Below are positions 17,772 to 26,651 of a DNA stretch of 30,295 nucleotides, piece by piece. This stretch comes from Bacteroidota bacterium. Lineage in GTDB: Bacteria; Bacteroidota; Bacteroidia; AKYH767-A; 2013-40CM-41-45. The position numbers and the translations under genes are program-made. Positions within the stretch are counted from its first letter, which is position 1; each line of letters begins with the position of its first letter. The stretch lies in NCBI GenBank assembly GCA_046090385.1, contig JBJSZR010000602.1, positions 1 through 30,295 of the forward strand, read 5' to 3'. The notes beneath the pieces were generated by a model, which was not told the origin of the DNA, did no database searches, and saw only the letters and a list, made by a program, of their open reading frames with translations.

Positions 17772-19382
17772 TCAATCAATGATGGCAAACCTACGGGAAA
17801 TTGTTTCGTTTCCAATGGTCGCTTTCAGAAGATAGGATCCTGAAGAAAAGAGCTTTGAATCCAATTGCAATGGATATGTGCCACCATCAGAAAAATATTC
17901 TCCAGTTTGTATGAGGTTCCCGATCGGGTCGATGATTGACCACTTTAAAGCAACTGAACCCGAAGGGGCAATTAGCGAAATATTGGGAAGGCCTTTGCTT
18001 GGGTTAGGGTAAAGTTCAATGCGAGCAACCTGCTTGCCTATCTTGATTGCAACAGGAGTATGTATTTCACGCTGACCGTCAAAATCGACTTGATGAAGCC
18101 TGTAATAAATAATACCTGATATCGGATCAAGATCCAAGAATTCGTATTCACTGAGCTCACTAGTAGTGCCATTACCCGCTACTGATCCGATCTCAGTGAA
18201 ATCAAAACCATTCGAGGATCTTTCAATGATGAACCGTTCGTTATTGGTTTCACTCGCTGTTGACCAGTGTAATCTTACGCCTGCAGGTATTTCCTCCGCA
18301 TCAAAATGCAATAGCTCGACGGGAAGCAACACCGGTGCGGCTCCAACGAAATAGGGATAATGTATGGAATGATAACAGCCTGAGGGCACAGCGAAAGAAT
18401 AACAGTATGTATATCGTTGACCGGGAATAAGGGAATTAAAAGTAAGATTGCTAAGGGTCCCGGTCTGGATAGGATTTCCACAGTTGCTGGAGTAAAGATT
18501 CCAAGCGAAACTAGTCACATTACCTGATCCGCAAGTAGAATTCAAAATCACATTGAAGCTGACGGTGCTGTTCACCGCGGTGAATGTATAACATTGGGTA
18601 TCTGCTACAGTGCCCTCCAACAAGGGGAACTGGGTATAAGAGGGGCAAGAGGAGGTAACCTGAGCAACAGTAGGAGAGGTAGAAAAACCACAAGCAGGTC
18701 CACAAGGTGCATTACACGTATTACAGTTTATGTACCTGTCTCCAACTCGGATACAGAAATTAGGAATGGAATTCGCACCCTGGCCAGTACTATAGCCGAC
18801 CTGTACAAGATAAACTGACCCGACAGTAAGTCCGGTTAGGTTATTTGTAATGACCCCATCACCCGTGCCTCTGGAGTTGGTATTAATACATGAAATGACA
18901 TTGCCTGCAGTAGGCGGTAAAGTTGCCGAACTGCGATAAACTACACATGCCCAGTTTGCAGGACCCCACGTTGCGCCACTACCTCCATATCCTGTCACAT
19001 TTAATTGAACAAACATCGAAGGTGCAGTTGCTGTGAAGCGATACCAGACCGTTTGCGAAAATGCATTCGTAACACAACCTGGAGTCGTTGACTCGCCGAG
19101 TTGGGTGATTCCGAATTCGGTGGTTCCATTAGTGCATCCGGCATTTACAGTCAAAGTAGTTGCGGCATTACAATCATCGTTCGTTGGTGGAAGCATGGCA
19201 GAACTGCGCAACAAGGGCAAATTGCTTTCAAGTAGTACTTCATCACCAATTGAAGTTTCCTGCAGTGAACCGACAACAGAATTTCCAGAATTCGGAACTT
19301 GTCCGAAGGAGGATTTATAAATAAAAATAAATAATACTAAAAACAAGGAAACGACCTTATAAGTGCGTTTTTGAGAAAACAT
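17772..19382 (-). CDS. Secreted Cys-rich protein with a T9SS type-A C-terminal domain (536 aa)
   Basis: Signal peptide ending SFG|Q, a PPTNDDCNAATTL module, an LPVELLHF linker, an Ig/FN3-like module and the CTD LYPNPS...SSGSYLLK. Confidence 0.88.
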   Translation of the reverse strand: MFSQKRTYKVVSLFLVLFIFIYKSSFGQVPNSGNSVVGSLQETSIGDEVLLESNLPLLRSSAMLPPTNDDCNAATTLTVNAGCTNGTTEFGITQLGESTTPGCVTNAFSQTVWYRFTATAPSMFVQLNVTGYGGSGATWGPANWACVVYRSSATLPPTAGNVISCINTNSRGTGDGVITNNLTGLTVGSVYLVQVGYSTGQGANSIPNFCIRVGDRYINCNTCNAPCGPACGFSTSPTVAQVTSSCPSYTQFPLLEGTVADTQCYTFTAVNSTVSFNVILNSTCGSGNVTSFAWNLYSSNCGNPIQTGTLSNLTFNSLIPGQRYTYCYSFAVPSGCYHSIHYPYFVGAAPVLLPVELLHFDAEEIPAGVRLHWSTASETNNERFIIERSSNGFDFTEIGSVAGNGTTSELSEYEFLDLDPISGIIYYRLHQVDFDGQREIHTPVAIKIGKQVARIELYPNPSKGLPNISLIAPSGSVALKWSIIDPIGNLIQTGEYFSDGGTYPLQLDSKLFSSGSYLLKATIGNETISRRFAIID

Positions 19383-19472
19383 TTCAGAGACAGATTTCAG
19401 ATTTAAAATTAGATAAAATGCCTGAAAATCAGGACGGCACGAAGTAATAAAATGGAATAGTGCAATTATTTC

Positions 19473-21392
19473 TTAGATAGATGCAGCTATTTTCGCCATT
19501 TCCCTCACTGCCCCCTTTATGGCATCCGTATCGAAGTGACATTCCTGGTAAAGTTCCTTTTGCTCACCGTGCTCAATGAACCGGTCAGGTATCCCCAAAC
19601 GGACCATTCTTGCTGCATACCCATTATCCAGCATGAACTCAGCAACCGCTGTACCGAAGCCACCTTGGATACAACCGTCCTCAACAGTGACCACTTTCTT
19701 GAATTTCTTGAACACTTCGTGCAACATGTCCTCATCCAAGGGTTTTACGAAGCGCAAGTCAAAATGAGCAGGATGCAATCCTTCAGCTGCCAGATCACTG
19801 CAGGCCTTGACTGCAAAATTACCGGGATGACCGATCGTAAGAATAGCGACCTCTTCCCCATCACAGATTTTTCTTCCGGTGCCGACCGTCAATGCACGCA
19901 GCGGTTGACGCCAATCGACCATGACTCCATTACCTCGGGGATAACGAATAGAAAAAGGTGCGTTGGTTTCTGGCAACTGAGCCGTATACATCAAATTACG
20001 CAACTCCTCTTCATTCATGGGAGCAGCTACGATCATATTCGGAATACAACGGAAGTAGGCGATATCGAAAGCACCATGATGGGTGGGGCCATCGGCACCT
20101 GCAAGTCCTCCACGGTCCAGACAGAAAACCACCTGCAGTTTCTGAAGTGCGACATCATGAACTACTTGGTCATAAGCGCGCTGCATGAAAGAAGAATAGA
20201 TGTTGCAAAACGGCACCATGCCCTGGGTAGCCATGCCTGCGGAAAAAGTGACCGCATGTTGCTCGGCAATTCCGACATCGAATGCACGTTCCGGAATAGC
20301 TTTCATCATGATGTTCAAAGATGAACCGGATGGCATTGCAGGCGTTACACCGATGATTTTCGGATTCTGCTCGGCAAGCTCGACCAACGTATGGCCGAAT
20401 ACGTCCTGATATTTTGGAGGCTGTGGCGCCTCGGTCTTGGGCTTGAATATCTCTCCGGTGATCTTGTCGAACAACCCGGGTGCATGCCACTTGGTCTGAT
20501 CTTTCTCAGCCAGGTCATACCCTTTGCCTTTTACTGTAAGGCAATGAAGGATTTTGGGACCAGGTATGTCGCGAAGGTCACGCATCACTTTCACAAGTCG
20601 ATTCACATCGTGCCCGTCAACAGGTCCGAAATAGCGGAAACGCAGTGATTCGAACAGATTGCTTTGCTGTAATAAGGTCGTCTTTATTCCGTTTTCAACC
20701 TTTGAAACGATCTCCTGAGCATTAGGTCCGAATTTTGAAATTTTGCCTAACAGTTTCCAAACCTCGTCCTTGACCTTGTTGTACGTATGCGATGTGGTGA
20801 TGTCCGTGAGATATTCCTTGAGTGCGCCCACATTGGGGTCGATACTCATGCAATTGTCGTTCAGGATGACCAGCACATTGGAGTTCTCCACACCCGCATG
20901 GTTCAATGCTTCAAAAGCAAGACCTGCTGTCATGGCACCATCACCGATCACCGCCACATGCTGCCGATCGGATTCTCCTTTCAATCGGGATGCAACCGCC
21001 ATACCCAACGCGGCGGAAATGGATGTGGACGAATGACCGACTCCGAATGTGTCGTATTCGCTTTCGCTACGCTTGGGGAATCCGCTTATCCCATTGTAGA
21101 TACGGTTCGTATGAAACACATCACGACGACCGGTCAGAATCTTATGCCCATAAGCCTGATGACCTACATCCCAAACCAACTGGTCATAAGGAGTATTGAA
21201 AACATAATGCAGCGCGACTGTCAATTCAACCACACCCAACGATGCTCCGAAATGGCCACCATTGACTGAGACTACATCTATGATATAATCGCGAAGATCA
21301 CTGCACACCTGCTCTAGTTCGCGTTCCGATAGCTTACGCAGGTCTTCCGGGTAGCGGATGTTGTTCAATAGGTGGCCGGGAGGATGCTCCAT
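19473..21392 (-). CDS. dxs: 1-deoxy-D-xylulose-5-phosphate synthase (639 aa)
   Basis: GHFGASLGVVELT, WDVGHQAY, the TPP motif GDGAMTAG...NDN, VGIAEQHA, YSSFMQRAYDQ, GADGPTHHG and IRYPRG. Start moved to MEHPPG (21392). Confidence 0.98.
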   Translation of the reverse strand: MEHPPGHLLNNIRYPEDLRKLSERELEQVCSDLRDYIIDVVSVNGGHFGASLGVVELTVALHYVFNTPYDQLVWDVGHQAYGHKILTGRRDVFHTNRIYNGISGFPKRSESEYDTFGVGHSSTSISAALGMAVASRLKGESDRQHVAVIGDGAMTAGLAFEALNHAGVENSNVLVILNDNCMSIDPNVGALKEYLTDITTSHTYNKVKDEVWKLLGKISKFGPNAQEIVSKVENGIKTTLLQQSNLFESLRFRYFGPVDGHDVNRLVKVMRDLRDIPGPKILHCLTVKGKGYDLAEKDQTKWHAPGLFDKITGEIFKPKTEAPQPPKYQDVFGHTLVELAEQNPKIIGVTPAMPSGSSLNIMMKAIPERAFDVGIAEQHAVTFSAGMATQGMVPFCNIYSSFMQRAYDQVVHDVALQKLQVVFCLDRGGLAGADGPTHHGAFDIAYFRCIPNMIVAAPMNEEELRNLMYTAQLPETNAPFSIRYPRGNGVMVDWRQPLRALTVGTGRKICDGEEVAILTIGHPGNFAVKACSDLAAEGLHPAHFDLRFVKPLDEDMLHEVFKKFKKVVTVEDGCIQGGFGTAVAEFMLDNGYAARMVRLGIPDRFIEHGEQKELYQECHFDTDAIKGAVREMAKIAASI

Positions 21393-21409
21393 GGGTGGTT
21401 GTGAACTGC

Positions 21410-21417
21410 CAAAGTTA
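21410..21417 (-). promoter_or_regulatory. -7 box (TAACTTTG) for dxs
   Basis: Exact TAnnTTTG match 17 nt upstream of ATG 21392. Confidence 0.62.
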
Positions 21418-21490
21418 GCCAATTCGGGGCTACCCTTTGATTTACCTAAGCCTGATTCTGCCCAATTTCTGAAGTTTTCAAAAGAAATTT

Positions 21491-21620
21491 GCTCCTCTGA
21501 CGCTGTTCCTTGGCGTAAATCAAGACTGGCTGCGGAAGCCTGTGGTGTTCTTTGGCGTTTCATTATGGATAGAGAAACAACCCAAGAATCCAAAAGTTCT
21601 TCAACAACCAGGGCCCCGGG
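21491..21620 (-). ncRNA. ssrS: Putative 6S (SsrS) RNA of the Bacteroidota / 6S-Flavo type
   Basis: The 5' end CCCUGG-UUGUU pairs with the 3' end AACAG-CG-UCAG-A-GG. An unpaired GAAGAACU follows. The apical stem is UUCUU-G-GG-UU-GUUUC / GAAAC-G-CC-A-AAGAA, with 3'-side hairpins GGCU/AGCC and CUUG/CAAG. A near-consensus -7 box TAACTTTC lies at 21626-21633. The family call is from remembered 6S-Flavo motifs, not a covariance search. Confidence 0.58.
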
Positions 21621-21724
21621 CTACAGAAAGTTAAATCGTGCAGTTGAACTGATTGACTGGATACGAGTCGAATTGAACCACATTAAGAAAAGTACCGTAT
21701 GGAAATAATTTATGCTTGAAAGGG

Positions 21725-22150
21725 TCAAATCTCACCCATTCGTTTCAATCGTGCAATGAGTCGCCAGTAAGCTTGGCCATAATCAACAAAAACCTCCTCA
21801 CCCTTTTTTATTTTACGCGTGGCCGATATGTAGCACTTTTTACCCTTGGTGATATATTCAGAGTTGTTCCTGCAGCCCGCCACACGCACCAGACCACGTG
21901 CATCATTGGCATATCTGCCTTTCGATCTCAACGTCCTTAATCCATCAATCGCCCACGTTTCATTGATCTTGAAAATATATGCGTTATAACCATCCTCTTC
22001 CTTCACATCACGCCATTTGCACAATCTGCCCTTGTATTCAGTTATTCGGGAACCTTTAGGAATTTCAACCGTGGTGAACAATCCTTTACCTGCCTGCGGA
22101 ATAGTCGATTTGCGGATGCGGAGATGACGCTCGTAAGTTTTCAGTGGCAT
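21725..22150 (-). CDS. SET-domain protein (putative protein-lysine methyltransferase), 141 aa
   Basis: STIPQAGKGLFT (GxGLF SAM motif), RYANDA (variant of RFxNHS) and IKKGEEVFVDYG..YW (ELxxDY). No post-SET Cys cluster. Confidence 0.9.
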   Translation of the reverse strand: MPLKTYERHLRIRKSTIPQAGKGLFTTVEIPKGSRITEYKGRLCKWRDVKEEDGYNAYIFKINETWAIDGLRTLRSKGRYANDARGLVRVAGCRNNSEYITKGKKCYISATRKIKKGEEVFVDYGQAYWRLIARLKRMGEI

Positions 22151-22216
22151 AAACGGAATTGAAGAATAAGTCGGTGAAAATAATAATGGCCATCATGAAT
22201 ACGAAAAGGTGTCGCT

Positions 22217-24325
22217 TCATTTTCGCAACGACAAGATCAGGAATTCACCGCCGCCGGGCGCCATCCACAGGTCAAAATCATCCCCGTTGCGTATAGTGCC
22301 ATGTCGGATAGAATAGGCATCAGGATTGTTTTCGTAGTGTGAAGTCGCCAGGTCCGTGCAAATTTCCGCATCGTATTGCTTTCCGTCCAAGAGAAAATCT
22401 GTCGGCAATTGAAATGAACGGGAGTATTCATTGGTGATTCCCGCGACGAACCATGTTGTTCCTTTACGACGGGCTACCACGATGTACTCTCCTATAGCGG
22501 CACCCAATACTAGGGATTCATCCCAAGCGGTTGGCAAAAGACTGATGAATTTCAATGCCGGATGGCCGATATAATTTGAAGGCAAGTCGGCGGCCATTTG
22601 AAGCGGACTGTAATTGATCACCATCAAGGCCAATTGGTTGGAGAGTGTCGAATGAACGGAGTTGCTACCTCTATCAAGTCCGTTCCATGGGATCCTTTTC
22701 TCGGAAAAATTATCTTCCGTGATATCAAAAATACCCGGAGTGTAATCCATCGGCCCGGCAAGTCCACGGGTAAAAGGAATCAAACACGTATGCGACGGCG
22801 GATTGCCATCACTCCATGCATTCCACTCCATACCGCGTACTCCCTCGAAAGTCATAAGGTTCGGATACGTTCGACCTAGTCCGGACGGAATCACTGGCTC
22901 ATGCACATCCAATGCAATGCCGTAATCTGCGGCTTTACGCATGACCGTATTCATGTGCTTTACCATGTACTGGCCATGATGATGTTCAGTGGGTGGATTG
23001 ACCGGACCGGCATATCCTGTTTTCACATAGCGTACGCCAAGCCTTTTGTAGATTGAGAATGCGGAGTCAAGTCGATTTTCATAGGTAATGATGTCTCCGC
23101 CGGTTTCATGATGACCGATCAGATCGATCTTCCTGAATATTGCATCCTCAACCACTCGTTGCAAATTGAAATCATCGTAAGGAGTTGTGAAATCGAATGC
23201 GCCCTTCTGTCCCCAATTCTCCCACCCCGTATTCCAACCCTCAATAAGTACTCCTTGAAAATCATTATCAGCGGCGAAGTCGATATGTTCCAATGCGTTC
23301 TTTGTTGTAGCACCATGTCTTCCTCCCTCCTTTTTCCACGTTGAGATTCCAAGATGCATTTCCCACCAGATGCCGATATATTTCATCGGCTTCACCCACG
23401 AGAAGTCCCTGCCTGGCGGGTCGTTCAGATTTAATAGTAGATTGGATGATAGCAGTCCTGCAGGATCGGATGATATGATGAACGCCCTCCAAGGCGATTG
23501 TAACCTGTGGTTGACTCTAACGCCGACTCCATCCGACCATGGAACCAGGTTGGGATGGAAAACAAGAGAATCAAGAGAATCCTGTAACAAGGTCATGGTG
23601 GTATAATCATCGATGCCGGCCTCCAAGACACTGATATAAATCGATGAATCGATTTTCGCTGTGAATGGCAGCGCTACATGATCGGCAGAACCTGCTTCAG
23701 TCGAGTAAACCTCTTTTTCCAGAGTGTTATAATCGGCCCATGACCACCAGCAATCCTTTATGTTTTGGAAACGAAAAGTGCTTGTTTCCTTCAAGATAAG
23801 TAATGAATCGCCGGAAAAATCGGATTCATACCTGAAGGCCCACCCATCATCATAGACGCGGAAACGGATAGTCATCGGAAACGAATCATTACAAGAAACC
23901 AATTTCAAAGACAACTCCCTAAAATGATTCTGATAAGCAGATGCGGTTCCCCATGGCATCGAATACGTGCTGAAGGAATCCACTATTGTCGAGCTCAGTT
24001 GAAGGAAACAAGTCAGCGGATTTTTCCCGCGCAAAACATACCCGAATGGCGAGCAAGACAATATCGATTTGTCGCGGAATCCGACAGAACAGCCAAATTC
24101 GCCATCTCTTTCGATGACCGTCAATTTGATATTTCCTGATGGCGAATGGATTACCGCACTGTTGGTTGCGGCAGAATAATGCCACATCAGTATTGATGAA
24201 AATAAAAAAAGGAATCCCGAAAATTGTCTTCCGCAAGACCTCTTTGAAACTGAATTTAAAAACAGCTCACGGAATACGGTATCTGCGCGACTATGGTTGA
24301 ATTTCGCGTCGATAGGTTTTTTCAT
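22217..24325 (-). CDS. Glycoside hydrolase family 97, probably the inverting alpha-glucosidase (SusB-like) subgroup
   Basis: GIWWEMH, LIEGWN, GHHETGG, VKTGY, VHEP, EGVRGMEW, FTRGLAGPMDYTPG and SPLQMAAD. Glu residues in EGW, HHET and HEP match the inverting subgroup. The exact start is uncertain. Confidence 0.92.
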   Translation of the reverse strand: MKKPIDAKFNHSRADTVFRELFLNSVSKRSCGRQFSGFLFLFSSILMWHYSAATNSAVIHSPSGNIKLTVIERDGEFGCSVGFRDKSILSCSPFGYVLRGKNPLTCFLQLSSTIVDSFSTYSMPWGTASAYQNHFRELSLKLVSCNDSFPMTIRFRVYDDGWAFRYESDFSGDSLLILKETSTFRFQNIKDCWWSWADYNTLEKEVYSTEAGSADHVALPFTAKIDSSIYISVLEAGIDDYTTMTLLQDSLDSLVFHPNLVPWSDGVGVRVNHRLQSPWRAFIISSDPAGLLSSNLLLNLNDPPGRDFSWVKPMKYIGIWWEMHLGISTWKKEGGRHGATTKNALEHIDFAADNDFQGVLIEGWNTGWENWGQKGAFDFTTPYDDFNLQRVVEDAIFRKIDLIGHHETGGDIITYENRLDSAFSIYKRLGVRYVKTGYAGPVNPPTEHHHGQYMVKHMNTVMRKAADYGIALDVHEPVIPSGLGRTYPNLMTFEGVRGMEWNAWSDGNPPSHTCLIPFTRGLAGPMDYTPGIFDITEDNFSEKRIPWNGLDRGSNSVHSTLSNQLALMVINYSPLQMAADLPSNYIGHPALKFISLLPTAWDESLVLGAAIGEYIVVARRKGTTWFVAGITNEYSRSFQLPTDFLLDGKQYDAEICTDLATSHYENNPDAYSIRHGTIRNGDDFDLWMAPGGGEFLILSLRK

Positions 24326-24339
24326 GAACCAAAAGCCGA

Positions 24340-25221
24340 TCAACGGCCATAGGTAGGAATCAGTCCACGCAGTCCCATATCCACCACTTGCTCTACGGAG
24401 GCGGGACTGGTTGTCAGATCCCATTTTCCATTTGCATTGGCATCGATCCATTCGAAACTATGATTTGTCGAAAGGGACATGGTAAGAGTGATATCGGCAC
24501 GTTCTTCAGCGGTGATCACCAAGGGCGAAGAGAAGGAACCCGTCACCACACAGGAACCTTGCGGAATCGGAGATGTGGCGAAAATAGGATTGACAACAGT
24601 AGTGGCACCAGCCGGGCTTTGTCCTCGTGCTAAAGCCCCGATGGTTTCAAACGCCCAATAGCCTTGGGGTTTATTGCTATTCACGGTATCACTCAATGTA
24701 TTTACCGGATATGAAGAGATGTACTGATTGTAACCGACGAAGCTTGCCACAGTGCCAACTGTACCGATACTGTTCAGATAATAATCGACTTCGTAATTCT
24801 GGTACGACAAGGACAAACGCACCCAGGTATATGATCCTGCAGGTACATCTTTTAGCGGTATCGCGAGAAACTGCTCGCCAGGGGAAACCACCTTGGATCT
24901 GCTGAAATCGATAGCAGTGGCGCCTCCCTGATTGGTTTCAGGGGCGTGATACAGAATAGCTCCGGTACCAAGAGCCGTTAACGCATTGGGCGCAAGTTCC
25001 AGATAGTGTGCTGAGATCTTATTGAAACGTGGACTCTGGGCTGCATGACCCGAAGGAACAGTCGCGGGAAAACCAGTATTTCCAAGTCGGGCCTGGTTGG
25101 AATCAACCACCAACTTGATATATAACATCGGCTCATCCGAATCGGAAGATTCTTTCGAGCATGAAAAGAAAAAAATGGTCAAAAGTCCAAGTAATAGAGA
25201 TTTAGCGAGTTTGTGGTTCAT
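24340..25221 (-). CDS. Hypothetical surface lipoprotein (293 aa)
   Basis: MNHKLAKSLLLGLLTIFFFS|C lipobox followed by SKESSDSDE, resembling the Bacteroidota lipoprotein export signal. The segment LKDVPAGSYTWVRLSL is weakly reminiscent of DUF4382/MbnP-like beta-sandwiches. Confidence 0.75.
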   Translation of the reverse strand: MNHKLAKSLLLGLLTIFFFSCSKESSDSDEPMLYIKLVVDSNQARLGNTGFPATVPSGHAAQSPRFNKISAHYLELAPNALTALGTGAILYHAPETNQGGATAIDFSRSKVVSPGEQFLAIPLKDVPAGSYTWVRLSLSYQNYEVDYYLNSIGTVGTVASFVGYNQYISSYPVNTLSDTVNSNKPQGYWAFETIGALARGQSPAGATTVVNPIFATSPIPQGSCVVTGSFSSPLVITAEERADITLTMSLSTNHSFEWIDANANGKWDLTTSPASVEQVVDMGLRGLIPTYGR

Positions 25222-25351
25222 ACCACAAAATACGAAAATGCCTGATATGAGTAGAAATATGAGATAATCCTCTGAACTAAGGCTATTCACCGAATTCACC
25301 TTGATTAATCAGGTTAATTAGTCGATTTTTGTACATATAACCCATCTCAAA

Positions 25352-26605
25352 ATGAGAACATTATTACTTATCCTGATTTCAGCATTTGTAATCACTGCGC
25401 AAGCGCAACAACGCAGAACGTGTGGTACCCATGATCGGTATGTTCAAGCCGTACAAAACGATCCTTCTATAGCCCGTATGCGTGCGCAGATGGAACAACA
25501 GATGCAGGAGTGGATCAGACGTCAGCCATCACAACGTACTTCCGGAGGTAGTGTGCTCGTAACTGTCCCTGTGGTTGTCCACGTACTCTATTACAACAAT
25601 AACCAGAACATCACAGATGCTCAGATTCTTTCTCAGATAGACGTATTGAACATGGATTATTCCTTCACCAATACTGATACAGGTCTCGTGCCAAATGCCT
25701 TCAAGCCACTTACAAGCAATACACAGATCCAATTCTGCATGGCCTCATTGGATCCAACCGGCAACCCTACTACCGGCATCGAGCGTCGTGCAGTAACTGT
25801 CACCAGAATAGGCAATTCGAGCCGTTACTACAATTACTCGCAGGGTGGACTTGCAGCCTGGGATAGAAACCGCTATTTGAATTTCTGGATTTGTGATATC
25901 GATGGAGGAAGTACACTGGGTTACACTTATCTGCCAGGATCGGTTCCTGCCAGTTATGACGGTGTAGTGATCGACTATCGATATTGGGGAACAACTGGAA
26001 CTGTAACCGCACCGTTCAACAAAGGTCGTACTGCAACCCATGAAGTAGGCCACTGGTTCAACCTCGAACATATTTGGGCGGACGAACCTAGTTGCTCGGC
26101 TGATGACGGTGTCGCTGATACGCCTCAGCAGAAAGGTGAAAACTACGGATGTCCCAGCTACCCTCAAACCACTCAGTCAGGTGGCAGATGTGTGACAACC
26201 GATCCGAGTGCGATGTTCATGAATTACATGGATTATACCGACGACCGTTGCATGTACATGTTCACTGCCGGGCAAGCTGCACGTATGCAGGCTGCGCTCA
26301 ACTCCTACAGACCCTCATTGTTCACATCGAATGGTTGCCTGAGTCCGACCCAAGTAAGCTCAGCACAGGCCCTGGGTACAAACGTGCATCCGAATCCATC
26401 CACAGGCCTCTTTGAATTCACCACTTACTTCCAAAGTGATATAAGTATCACTGTCATGGATATCACCGGACGTGTCGTGTTCAGCAAAAACTTCCAGAGC
26501 AATGAACCGAAGCGTTTCGATTTATCGGATTTTCCAGACGGAGTATATATCGTCCGCTTCGAAAGCGATGGTCGCAAAGAAGTACGACGCGTCATCAAGA
26601 ACTGA
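25352..26605 (+). CDS. M43 (ulilysin/mirolysin/pappalysin-like) zinc metalloprotease with a T9SS type-A CTD
   Basis: Signal peptide AQA|Q, pro-segment RTCGT (Cys switch), HEVGHWFNLEH zinc motif, Met-turn MFMNYMDY and the CTD VHPNPS...PDGVYIVR. Confidence 0.93.
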   Translation: MRTLLLILISAFVITAQAQQRRTCGTHDRYVQAVQNDPSIARMRAQMEQQMQEWIRRQPSQRTSGGSVLVTVPVVVHVLYYNNNQNITDAQILSQIDVLNMDYSFTNTDTGLVPNAFKPLTSNTQIQFCMASLDPTGNPTTGIERRAVTVTRIGNSSRYYNYSQGGLAAWDRNRYLNFWICDIDGGSTLGYTYLPGSVPASYDGVVIDYRYWGTTGTVTAPFNKGRTATHEVGHWFNLEHIWADEPSCSADDGVADTPQQKGENYGCPSYPQTTQSGGRCVTTDPSAMFMNYMDYTDDRCMYMFTAGQAARMQAALNSYRPSLFTSNGCLSPTQVSSAQALGTNVHPNPSTGLFEFTTYFQSDISITVMDITGRVVFSKNFQSNEPKRFDLSDFPDGVYIVRFESDGRKEVRRVIKN

Positions 26606-26651
26606 CCACTCGGTACGCTATCATGAATACGCCCGTCTCATGCCGGCTTTT

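Noticed and set aside
17772-19472. Apparently lower GC in the 536-aa T9SS gene as a sign of horizontal transfer
   Set aside because: Hand counts of four 60-nt lines gave 38-50% GC versus 55% in one dxs line. That is too few and too variable, and there are no mobility genes or flanking repeats. A sliding-window GC and codon analysis would be needed.
21393-21593. 67-aa N-terminal extension of dxs in the ORF track
   Set aside because: It has no resemblance to DXS, a -7 box sits at 21410-21417 inside it, and it overlaps the putative 6S RNA.
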